In this document: positions 18,356-26,622 of the stretch, one piece after another
How the letters are laid out: each line of letters opens with the position of its first letter
How positions within the stretch are numbered: position 1 is the stretch's first letter
Source: Patescibacteria group bacterium
GTDB lineage: Bacteria > Patescibacteriota > Saccharimonadia > UBA4664 > SCTI01
Length of the DNA: 64,000 bases
Assembly (NCBI GenBank): GCA_004297735.1
Contig: SCTI01000002.1
Coordinates: forward strand, 128,160 to 192,159
Direction of reading: 5' to 3'
Program-made: the position numbers and the translations under genes
The notes under the pieces: generated by a model
Database searches by the model: none
The model's input: only the letters and a program-made list of their open reading frames with translations
What the model was told of the DNA's origin: nothing

Positions 18356-21216
18356 GAATTATCGGCCTCTTCAGCTTCGCCAACGCCGTAGTAACGGATT
18401 GCGGCGCATTCATGAACATTGGATGGGTTGGGGGCGAACTGCCGCTGGCGAATAGCGGCGGAAAGCTTAATAAGCTTATCGCGATGGTTGTTTAGTATGG
18501 TACTGGACAGCTCGGCCACGCCTTCGGTCTGGGTCATTACGTAATCTAGCGCTACCGAGCTAGGGGCCTCCCCCGTCATTTGCTGGTAGGCCACCGCGTA
18601 AGTGCGCAGCTGGAAGTTATTTTTAGCCGACTTAGCCAGCTTTTCGGCGTCATTTTTGCGGCCGGTCTTAAAGTCGCGCAACTGAACGCCTGCTGAGGTC
18701 TTGAAATAAGCATCGATCCGCCCCTTAAGCCGAAGCTTGGCTTCCGGTATCTCCAGCTTGATTGGTAGCTCTGAGCCGAGGATTACTCGATCGCTCTCTT
18801 GGCGCTCCCGAGTAAAGAAGTGCTTGATGGCGGCCTGGGCTTGCTGGCGAGCCTGCTCCGACTGAGCCTGGCTACCGTAACCACGGTCGCTCCATAGCTC
18901 ATCGAGGCGCGCCAACAGGTCGGCTAGCGGCACCTCCTCGCCCTTTAGCTTACCCTGGTACCAAGCTTGAATCACCGTATGAACCGCTGTCCCCAGGGCT
19001 AGCTGCGGGCCATAAGGAGCACGAATACCCAACACCTTTTCGAGGTAAAAATCGTATGGGCAAAAGTCGTAACCGCCCAGATCGTTAACACCGAGCTCCA
19101 ACCAGCCATCGTCGGTCTCAAACGGCAACTTATCCGGGGCTTGATGCTGTAATGGGTAAAAGCGCTGTAATTTTGACATCGCCGTTTTTGCGCTTTTTGA
19201 TGGGTTTTTCTCGGACTGAGCTATAGCCGGCTTCTGTCCCAATAACTCCTCAATAAAAGGGCTGATCGTCTGCCTGGTACCACTCGCGGTCTGGGTGGCG
19301 GAACTCAAAATTAGCTGCTGCTTGGCCCTGGTTACCGCCACGTACATCAGGCGGCGCAGCTCGTGCTCAGGTGGCAGCTCGGTGGCCGGGGTTAAAGCCT
19401 CCGGTATTACCCAGCCCCTGCCGCGACTAGGCGACCAGTTGCGTTGAGTGCAGCCAATTAAGTAAACGGTGTCAAACTCCAACCCCTTTGAGGCATGTAC
19501 GGTTAGCAGCTGCACTCCTCCCTCCTCGCCAAGCGGCTCGGCCACCTCAATCGATGGCGGCTTAGGGAAGGTACCTAAATAGCCCTTAAGGGTAGGATCG
19601 GTTGCCACCGTTTCGTAATCCTGCATTTGCTCGAGTAAGCGACCTAAGTCCTCAAATACCCGAACCATTCGGGGTGAATCTTCGGCGCGCTTAATCCAGG
19701 TATCAGAAACACCTGTTTTAAAGATTAAGGTGTAAGCCAGTTGGCTAACCGGAACGCTGCGCGCCAACTGCCGCCACTCCTCCAGGTCATCTAACACCTT
19801 TTTGGCATCATCTTGATCGCTAGCCACCAGCGCTGCTTCGACCGTGGTCATCTGTTCACGGCTATCGCTTAACAGCTCTCGGTAGCGACCGGCCGTCCAG
19901 CCAAAATGATCTCCCATCAAGACATGCCCAATACTGTCATCCTCGGCCTTAAGACCCACCCACTGCAACAGATACCACAACTGGTTAAGTTCTGGCTGCT
20001 CAAAGATATTAACCTGGGTCGATAAGGCGAATGGCAGCTGGCGCTGGCGCAAGCTCTTAGCCAACTGCTTTAAGGGGGCGTGCGTTGCCGACAGAACCGC
20101 TATACCACCTGGACTCTCGCCGGCGGTGACCCTAGCTTGAATTGCCTCAGTTACACCCGCCAGCTCCTCGCTCGCCGAAGAGTACGGCTTAAACTCTACC
20201 TGGCTACCCTCAAACTGCCCCTTAAGCTGTTTTTTAAGATGCAGCTTGGCCTCGAGACGTTCGGGGTTGTTGTGCTGAATTAAGCGATAGGCGCCATCTA
20301 GAATTTCCTGCCCAGATCGGTAGTTATCGGTTAAAACTAGTGGCTGCTTGACCTTAAAGTGATCGACAAAGCTTAAAATGTTATCGATCTGAGCGCCGCG
20401 GAATCCATAAATTGCTTGATCATCGTCACCGACCGCAAACAGATTACCGGTTGGGCCAATGAAGCTGCGCAGCAACTCATCTTGCAAGGTGTTGGTGTCC
20501 TGGTATTCGTCTACCAGTACGTACTTGTACTCCTTCGAGAGACGTGCGGCCAGGTTTGGTCTTTGTTGTAATATATTCAACGGTATTTGCAGCTGATCAT
20601 TATAGTCAAAGGTGCCGGTCTCTGCTTTGATCTGCTCATACAGTGAATAAAGCTTAGCTAAGTCCTGCTGTTCGGCCACATCCTGAGCGTGCATATCGCC
20701 TGGATCTTTGGTTAGTTTTTCAGCATACGCAGCATAATCACTCGGAGAGATGCCAGCGTTTTGGAGCATACCCATGTGCTCAACCAAGCCTTCAAGAAAC
20801 TCAAAGATGTTGGCATGTGGTCCGTAGTATGACAGCTCAACCCGATCAATATGCTGCTGCAGTAAAAGAGCTTTCTGGGTGGTGTTGATTAAGCCACCCC
20901 GGACCGATCGGCCAATGTGATTGGCGTAGCGACCCAGCAGCTCCGAGCCAAAAGCGTGAAAGGTCATCACCGCCACCTGATAGGACCGCCAGCCAATTAA
21001 GTCGTAGAGACGTTCGGCCATTTCGCGAGCGGCCTTTTCGGTAAATGTTAGGGCCAGAATCTGGCCCGGACTGGCCTTTCCCTGCTCGATAAGGTAAGCA
21101 ATCCGTGAAGTGATCACGTGAGTCTTGCCGGTACCAGCACCGGCTACAATCAAAGCTGGCCCCTCGCCATGCTCTACCGCCTGGCGCTGAACCGGGTTAA
21201 ACGACCCAATATCCAT
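18352..21216 (-). CDS. UvrD/PcrA-family SF1 DNA helicase fused to a C-terminal PD-(D/E)xK (RecB/AddA-type) nuclease domain
   Basis: The helicase N-terminus reads FNPVQRQAVEHGEGPALIVAGAGTGKTHV. The C-terminal nuclease motifs are GRIDAYF, DFKTG and QLRTYAVAY. The likely ATG at 21216 (MDIGSF...) is preceded by TGTATAAT. The track start at 21243 is TTG. Confidence 0.8.
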   Translation of the reverse strand: MDIGSFNPVQRQAVEHGEGPALIVAGAGTGKTHVITSRIAYLIEQGKASPGQILALTFTEKAAREMAERLYDLIGWRSYQVAVMTFHAFGSELLGRYANHIGRSVRGGLINTTQKALLLQQHIDRVELSYYGPHANIFEFLEGLVEHMGMLQNAGISPSDYAAYAEKLTKDPGDMHAQDVAEQQDLAKLYSLYEQIKAETGTFDYNDQLQIPLNILQQRPNLAARLSKEYKYVLVDEYQDTNTLQDELLRSFIGPTGNLFAVGDDDQAIYGFRGAQIDNILSFVDHFKVKQPLVLTDNYRSGQEILDGAYRLIQHNNPERLEAKLHLKKQLKGQFEGSQVEFKPYSSASEELAGVTEAIQARVTAGESPGGIAVLSATHAPLKQLAKSLRQRQLPFALSTQVNIFEQPELNQLWYLLQWVGLKAEDDSIGHVLMGDHFGWTAGRYRELLSDSREQMTTVEAALVASDQDDAKKVLDDLEEWRQLARSVPVSQLAYTLIFKTGVSDTWIKRAEDSPRMVRVFEDLGRLLEQMQDYETVATDPTLKGYLGTFPKPPSIEVAEPLGEEGGVQLLTVHASKGLEFDTVYLIGCTQRNWSPSRGRGWVIPEALTPATELPPEHELRRLMYVAVTRAKQQLILSSATQTASGTRQTISPFIEELLGQKPAIAQSEKNPSKSAKTAMSKLQRFYPLQHQAPDKLPFETDDGWLELGVNDLGGYDFCPYDFYLEKVLGIRAPYGPQLALGTAVHTVIQAWYQGKLKGEEVPLADLLARLDELWSDRGYGSQAQSEQARQQAQAAIKHFFTRERQESDRVILGSELPIKLEIPEAKLRLKGRIDAYFKTSAGVQLRDFKTGRKNDAEKLAKSAKNNFQLRTYAVAYQQMTGEAPSSVALDYVMTQTEGVAELSSTILNNHRDKLIKLSAAIRQRQFAPNPSNVHECAAIRYYGVGEAEEADNS

Positions 21217-21230
21217 ATGAGTATTATACA

Positions 21231-21258
21231 GGGTCCGACCCAACTAGAGGTCGGACCC
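21231..21258. promoter_or_regulatory. Perfect 10-bp inverted repeat GGGTCCGACC-N8-GGTCGGACCC abutting the extended -10 of the uvrD-like gene; a candidate operator
   Basis: The minus strand reads GGGTCCGACC tctagttg GGTCGGACCC TGTATAAT actcat ATG. The same half-site recurs as a tandem repeat at 58896-58940. Confidence 0.4.
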
Positions 21259-21275
21259 GTCAAAAGGTTGGACCT

Positions 21276-22919
21276 CTACCCCATCTTCTTGATTGGAGTG
21301 ATGCCCAGTAGCTGGAAATAACGCTCCATAAAGGTGACGTAAACCTGGATTAGGGCCAAGCGTTGGGCGGCTTGCTCGGGGGCTAGATCGATGATCTTTT
21401 GGCTCTCATATAGTTCGTGGAACAGCTGAGCCACCTCTACCCCGTAAAAGCTGAGCCGGTGCACCCCGTAGTCGCCGACTATCTCTTGGAGCAGCTGTGG
21501 CAATCGAGTTAACTGGCGAATGAGAGCGGTTTCACTTGGGGTAAGATCGGTCATCTGCTCAGGCTTAAGTGGCTGCAGATCCCTCTGGGAAGCTTGCTCT
21601 AAGATTGAGTTGGCCCGCGCGTAAGAATACATTAGATAATACATCGGGTTCTTCTGGGACTGCTCCTTCGCCAGATCCAGATCAAGGTCCATCGGCGCAT
21701 TATAAGAACGCATTAAGAAGAAGAAGCGTAGTACATCTGATGGGACCTGGTCGAGCAGCTCATCGATGGTGACATAGGTACCGGCCCGCTTACTCACCTT
21801 GAACTCTTTACCGTCCTTAATAAGCCTTACCAGCTGGAACAGAATAATCTTAAGCTCACCGGTCGCCCCCAACAGCTTGAGACCATGCTGCAGCGAAGGA
21901 ACTTGAGCGGCGTGATCCGACCCCCACAGGTTAATCAAGGTGTCAAAGCCGCGCTCAAACTTATTCATATGGTAGGCCAGGTCGGCTGCCAAATAGGTGT
22001 AACCGCCGTCCGACTTCTGTAAAACTCGGTCGCCACTATCTTCGGCGGCCTCTTTTAGCCAGATCGCGCCATCTTTTTCGATCGCCTGCCCATTTTCAAC
22101 CAACCCATCGACCAAGGCTTTTACCTTGCCGGTCTTGTGTAGGTTGTACAGCTCCGAAAACCAGTTATCAAAGTTGATCCCCATTCTGGCGACGGTCGCC
22201 TTAATTTGATCAACGATACAGCCGATTACCCCTAGCTCATCAATGTGACGATTGGTCAGCTCCTCTATCTGTTGATCGCTCAAGCTGGCCGGATTAGCAT
22301 GCTGTTGTTGAATTAACACCACCACCTTATCGGCCCACTCCTCAATGTATTCGCCGCGATAGCCGCGAATATGATCGGTGGGCTTATGGGTTAAGCGCTC
22401 TAACACCACCGCATAAATGCTGCTGCGCACCAGTTTAATCTGATTACCGGCATCATTAAGGTAATACTCCCGCTCAACCTGGTAGCCGGCACTGGTAAGC
22501 ACATTAGCCAGCACATCACCATTGTAGCCTCCGCGACCATTGCCAAGCGTCATCGGACCGGTCGGGTTGGCCGAGATAAACTCAACCTGAACCTTGTGGC
22601 CCTTGCCGACCTGACTTGAGCCGTAATCTGGAGTGATGGCGGCGGCCTGCTCAATCCAGTAGGCCGGAGTTAAGTTTAGGTTAATGAATCCCCCGGCAGC
22701 CTTGGCGCTGGCCACGGCAGGATGCTTAATCTTGAGCGCCAGCTGCTCGGCTATCTGGTTAGGAGCCTGCTTGAGCTGACCGGCTAATTTAAAAGCCACA
22801 TTGGTGGCCAGCTGACCATGCTCAATATCGGGATAGCTTAGTTCTACCTTTACATCTGATACATCAAAGGCGTCCTTGATGGTCGCCTCGATTGCAGACT
22901 GGATTTCGTTGATTGACAT
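21276..22919 (-). CDS. argS: Arginine--tRNA ligase
   Basis: The sequence MSINEIQSAIE...ISANPTGPMTLGNGRG is typical ArgRS. The start at 22919 follows TATAAT-ggcctt-ATG, so it is leaderless-like. The upstream in-frame ATG at 22979 lies beyond the promoter. Confidence 0.85.
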   Translation of the reverse strand: MSINEIQSAIEATIKDAFDVSDVKVELSYPDIEHGQLATNVAFKLAGQLKQAPNQIAEQLALKIKHPAVASAKAAGGFINLNLTPAYWIEQAAAITPDYGSSQVGKGHKVQVEFISANPTGPMTLGNGRGGYNGDVLANVLTSAGYQVEREYYLNDAGNQIKLVRSSIYAVVLERLTHKPTDHIRGYRGEYIEEWADKVVVLIQQQHANPASLSDQQIEELTNRHIDELGVIGCIVDQIKATVARMGINFDNWFSELYNLHKTGKVKALVDGLVENGQAIEKDGAIWLKEAAEDSGDRVLQKSDGGYTYLAADLAYHMNKFERGFDTLINLWGSDHAAQVPSLQHGLKLLGATGELKIILFQLVRLIKDGKEFKVSKRAGTYVTIDELLDQVPSDVLRFFFLMRSYNAPMDLDLDLAKEQSQKNPMYYLMYSYARANSILEQASQRDLQPLKPEQMTDLTPSETALIRQLTRLPQLLQEIVGDYGVHRLSFYGVEVAQLFHELYESQKIIDLAPEQAAQRLALIQVYVTFMERYFQLLGITPIKKMG

Positions 22920-22925
22920 AAGGCC

Positions 22926-22955
22926 ATTATACCAATCTGATTCCAGATGTATAAT
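22926..22955. promoter_or_regulatory. Back-to-back divergent -10 elements driving near-leaderless argS (minus) and smpB (plus)
   Basis: The minus TATAAT at 22926-22931 is 6 nt from the argS ATG. The plus TATAAT at 22950-22955 is 6 nt from the smpB ATG. Confidence 0.45.
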
Positions 22956-22961
22956 AGGGTT

Positions 22962-23414
22962 ATGAAACAGCTCGCCCAAAATCGACGCGGCCGCTACGAT
23001 TACAGCATTGATGAGACTCTCACCGCTGGATTGGTTTTGAACGGCCCAGAGGTTAAGAGTGCCAAGCTTGGCCAGATTAGCCTAAAAGGCAGCTTTGTCA
23101 CCTTAAAAGATGGCGAGGCCTGGCTTCATGGTGCCTATTTTACGCCATACGCGCCGGCTGCGGGCCTTAAACTCGATCCAGAGCGGTCACGCAAGCTATT
23201 ACTACATAAAAAGCAGCTAGAAGAGCTTAAAACCGGTCGCGAGCAAGGAATTCAACCGGTACCACTGGCCTTAATTGAGCAAAAAGGGCTGGTTAAGCTC
23301 GTGGTTGGCCTGGGCCGCGGTAAAAAACGGTACGATAAACGCGAGACCATTAAAAAGCGCGAGCAAGACCGTGAGGCCGGACGCGCTATGCGCCAGCGCA
23401 CCAAAGCGTCTTAA
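22962..23414 (+). CDS. smpB: SsrA-binding protein SmpB
   Basis: The sequence reads MKQLAQNRRGRYDYSIDETLTAGLVLNGPEVKS...KLVVGLGRGKKRYDKRE. The track ORF starts 5 codons earlier at 22947. Confidence 0.85.
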   Translation: MKQLAQNRRGRYDYSIDETLTAGLVLNGPEVKSAKLGQISLKGSFVTLKDGEAWLHGAYFTPYAPAAGLKLDPERSRKLLLHKKQLEELKTGREQGIQPVPLALIEQKGLVKLVVGLGRGKKRYDKRETIKKREQDREAGRAMRQRTKAS

Positions 23415-23761
23415 AACTAGCGGCTGACTTTGGGCGGAGCGTTGGCTGAGCGTTGGCCGGCAACGTCGGGCGTCGTCGGGCCGAGCGCAAACGGTCGCGA
23501 ACGATGAACGCGCTTTAACGATCGTAGCGGCAACCGCCCGACAATAACTGCGGGCCGTTTTTAGTCATTGTCGCGGGTGCATTTTGGCGGCGACGCGGGC
23601 GGCTAGACGGCCTGGCCGGTCATTAAAATTAACAATAAGCATAACTTTTTTCATAAAAATCGAAAAAATGTATTGACAGAGGTTTTACACCTACGTTAAT
23701 CTGTATTTAGGTACTTGAACAAAATCAGTACTCAAAACCAAAACCCACTCAAACACACGAA

Positions 23762-23792
23762 AATAACGGCTTTCCCAAGCCGTTATTTTTAT
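23762..23792. terminator. Bidirectional hairpin terminator downstream of the Clp-type gene
   Basis: The sequence is aaataacggc-tttcccaa-gccgttattttt. Confidence 0.45.
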
Positions 23793-23839
23793 GCTTACAA
23801 ATTGTTATGGATATATTAAATGCGCGCTGGCCCAACCGC

Positions 23840-26233
23840 CTAGTCGGCGACGTGGAGGTCAGCGGCGTCAAGCGTGACGCTAGCACCGGGCTGAATTTGG
23901 CCACTCAAAATGCGCTGAGCAATTGTGTTCTCAACCGCCCGCTGGACCATCCGCCGCATTGGCCGGGCGCCCAGTCGTGGGTCGTAACCGCGGTCGACCA
24001 GCCAGTCAATCGCGGCGGCCGTTAGGCTCACCGAAATTTTTTGAGCGGCTAATGTGGCGTTAACGCCGCGCAGCATTAGCTCAACCACCTGCCTCAACTC
24101 GGCCTTATTTAATGGGCGGAACAAAACGATCTCATCAAAGCGGTTCAATAGCTCCGGGCGGAACTGGTGCGATTCAATGAGACCGCTAACAATTTCATCC
24201 TCAAACTCTACCAGCTCCTGGCCAGCCTCAATCTTCTGTCGGATCACATCGGCGGCGGCATTAGAGGTAGAGATGATAATAGCGTCCTTAAATGAGGCCT
24301 CCCTACCCTGTGTGTCGGTTAAACGACCCTCATCCAGCAGCTGTAGCAACAGGTTAAGCACATCTGGGTGCGCCTTTTCTATCTCATCAAACAAGACCAC
24401 ACTAAAAGGTTGGTGGCGAATATCGCCGATCAGGCTACTACCGGTGCGACTACCGGCACCAGGAGCCAGCAGACGGTCGGTATCCTTGGGCTGCTGGTAC
24501 TCGCTCATATCCACCCGAATAATCTGGTTTTGGCCACCAAAGTAGACGTCGGCCAAGGCACGGGCCAGCTCGGTCTTACCAACTCCGGTTGGACCCAGGA
24601 ACAAAAAGCTGCCAACCGGGCGGTTTTGATTACGTACACCGGCACGGGCCCGGCGTAGAGCATCGGACACCACCGTCACCGCTCGGCTCTGGTTAACCAT
24701 GCGCTTATGAATCTCATCCTCCAGGTTGAGTAGCTGCTGCTTCTCGGGAGTCTCAGCCGCGGTTATCTTGGCGCCGGTCATCGTCTCAACCGCCTGCTGA
24801 ACCGAGGTTTGGGTAATGAAGCCCTGCTGAGTGTAGTGCGAAGCGCTCTCGATTAAACTAATGCCCTTACCAGGGAAGGCCGACTCCGGCAGATAGCGGT
24901 CGGCCAAGCTGTAAGCCTCCTTGATGGCCTGGTAGGTTGTAACTAGGTTGGGGGCGGCCTCAATCGAGTTGGCGGCGTCGGCCATCACCTGCAGGCTGTC
25001 TTCGGGTGAAGGGGCCGGCACGGTTACTCGCTGGATACTAGCGGCCAGACCAGCGCTCGCAGCCGACAGGTGCTGCCAATCTGATGGCGCCATGGTCATA
25101 ATGATCTTGAGTGGCGACTGCTGCAGCACCGGCAACAACACTTGCGACAGATCAACCGCACCGGTGCCGCTACCAAAGAACAGCTGGGCTTCATCTAGGA
25201 ATAAAATGATGTTACGGGCATGCGCTGCCTCGGCCAGCAGTCGCATTACCACCTCCTCGATCTGACCACCGGCCGATAGCAGTAATGAGGCGTTGAGTTT
25301 TAAGATGTAGTTGTACTGTAACGACTTGGCTCTGTCCCCCTTTAGAATGCGTTCGGCCAACGAATAAACCAGTGCGGTTTTACCGGCTCCGGCGTCCCCG
25401 ATCAGTGCCACATTGGCGCGATTGCCAGATAGCAGCTCAACCAACTGATCAACCACCGGCTCGTGAATCTGAGGTAGATGGCGGTAGGCGCCACTTTCAA
25501 CCTGTTGGCTGAGGTTTTGGGCGTACTGGTTGAGTAGCGGCGTGTAGCCGCTAGCCCAGTCGCGCCCAACGCCACCAAATACCGGCCGGTTTTCAAGAGC
25601 CTTTAACTGTAGTTTAAGCCGGTGCTGCCACTGCAACACCGCTATAACATCCTCCTTGCCTAACTTGACGGCTTGAAGTGCCGCATCTAGCCCCGGAGCA
25701 TTAATTAAGATTGCCGCCACCACTACCGCCCCATCTATCTCGGAGATATTGTACTGTTTGGCGGTTGCAACCACCTGATCCCAAGGATCATACGGATTTT
25801 GTTGTAGTATCTGCAACGTTATATCTTTAGGCAAACCAAGTCTCAGCAGAATGAATGATCCTTCCCAGGTAGAAGCAGCTGATGTAAAAGCTACATCGGA
25901 TGTTGCTGGCCACGGCAGCTGCGACAGTAGTTGCGCTTCAATTAACTGGTCGAGAGTAACCGCTGGGCTATCGAGAGAGCCGGTGGTTGGCAGGTTACGC
26001 AACTGCCACCGATTCCATAACTGCGCCATCAAAACCAGCAACGCCAATCCTAGGGCGGTCCAGCCGAGTTGACTGCCCTGTTGCAGTGCGAACAGCCAGG
26101 CGGTTACCAATACGATAATTACGCCCCATAACACCGGTGCGCCCCACGAACCAAGTCGACGGCGCAAGCGAGCTTGCTTGATTCGACGACCAGACCGGTT
26201 GTAGTTCATCTGGCTCATCCGACAATCCCCCAC
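23840..26233 (-). CDS. ClpB/ClpA-family double-ring AAA+ ATPase with an N-terminal two-helix membrane anchor and no evident ClpP-docking IGF/IGL loop
   Basis: D1 has Walker A GDAGAGKT and Walker B ILFLDEAQLF. D2 has FLFLGPTGVGKTELARALA and VVLFDEIEKAHPDVLNLLLQLLDEGRLTD. The C-terminus is RPMRRMVQRAVEN. The N-terminal TM segments are APVLWGVIIVLVTAWLFAL and WTALGLALLVLMAQLW. An alternative start is the M at 26218. Confidence 0.7.
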   Translation of the reverse strand: MGDCRMSQMNYNRSGRRIKQARLRRRLGSWGAPVLWGVIIVLVTAWLFALQQGSQLGWTALGLALLVLMAQLWNRWQLRNLPTTGSLDSPAVTLDQLIEAQLLSQLPWPATSDVAFTSAASTWEGSFILLRLGLPKDITLQILQQNPYDPWDQVVATAKQYNISEIDGAVVVAAILINAPGLDAALQAVKLGKEDVIAVLQWQHRLKLQLKALENRPVFGGVGRDWASGYTPLLNQYAQNLSQQVESGAYRHLPQIHEPVVDQLVELLSGNRANVALIGDAGAGKTALVYSLAERILKGDRAKSLQYNYILKLNASLLLSAGGQIEEVVMRLLAEAAHARNIILFLDEAQLFFGSGTGAVDLSQVLLPVLQQSPLKIIMTMAPSDWQHLSAASAGLAASIQRVTVPAPSPEDSLQVMADAANSIEAAPNLVTTYQAIKEAYSLADRYLPESAFPGKGISLIESASHYTQQGFITQTSVQQAVETMTGAKITAAETPEKQQLLNLEDEIHKRMVNQSRAVTVVSDALRRARAGVRNQNRPVGSFLFLGPTGVGKTELARALADVYFGGQNQIIRVDMSEYQQPKDTDRLLAPGAGSRTGSSLIGDIRHQPFSVVLFDEIEKAHPDVLNLLLQLLDEGRLTDTQGREASFKDAIIISTSNAAADVIRQKIEAGQELVEFEDEIVSGLIESHQFRPELLNRFDEIVLFRPLNKAELRQVVELMLRGVNATLAAQKISVSLTAAAIDWLVDRGYDPRLGARPMRRMVQRAVENTIAQRILSGQIQPGASVTLDAADLHVAD

Positions 26234-26583
26234 ACAATGCTAGCTAGGGCTAGCAACGGCATTAAGGGCCACAGCACTAGTACCAGCAAGGTGGCTAGTG
26301 ATACCAGCGAAATAACAATAAAAGCGGTGAACAATACCAGTACTCGAACACTAAATCCCACCATTCGAGAAATCAGGTTATCAAAACCGGCCCGAATGCC
26401 CGAGCCAAAGCTACCATCGCGATAACTTATAATCTGGCGCCAAGGAGAAAACAAAGTTTGCAGTAAGATCGGAACCGAAAACACCGCAATCAGCCGGCTC
26501 ATAAATCGCCGACTCCTAGATAGCAGCTGCCGCCACCCATCTTGATACCACCAAAGACACACCTCTATCGCAAGCATAAGCAT
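26215..26583 (-). CDS. Small polytopic membrane protein, function unknown, immediately upstream of the Clp-type gene
   Basis: It has hydrophobic segments such as LIAVFSVPILLQTLF and VLVLFTAFIVISLVSLATLLVLVLWPLMPLLALASIVWGIVG. It abuts or overlaps the Clp gene start. Confidence 0.4.
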   Translation of the reverse strand: MLMLAIEVCLWWYQDGWRQLLSRSRRFMSRLIAVFSVPILLQTLFSPWRQIISYRDGSFGSGIRAGFDNLISRMVGFSVRVLVLFTAFIVISLVSLATLLVLVLWPLMPLLALASIVWGIVG

Positions 26584-26622
26584 ATTTTACCACCGCTGTG
26601 GTCTATCTGGTAGTGCCGAGAG

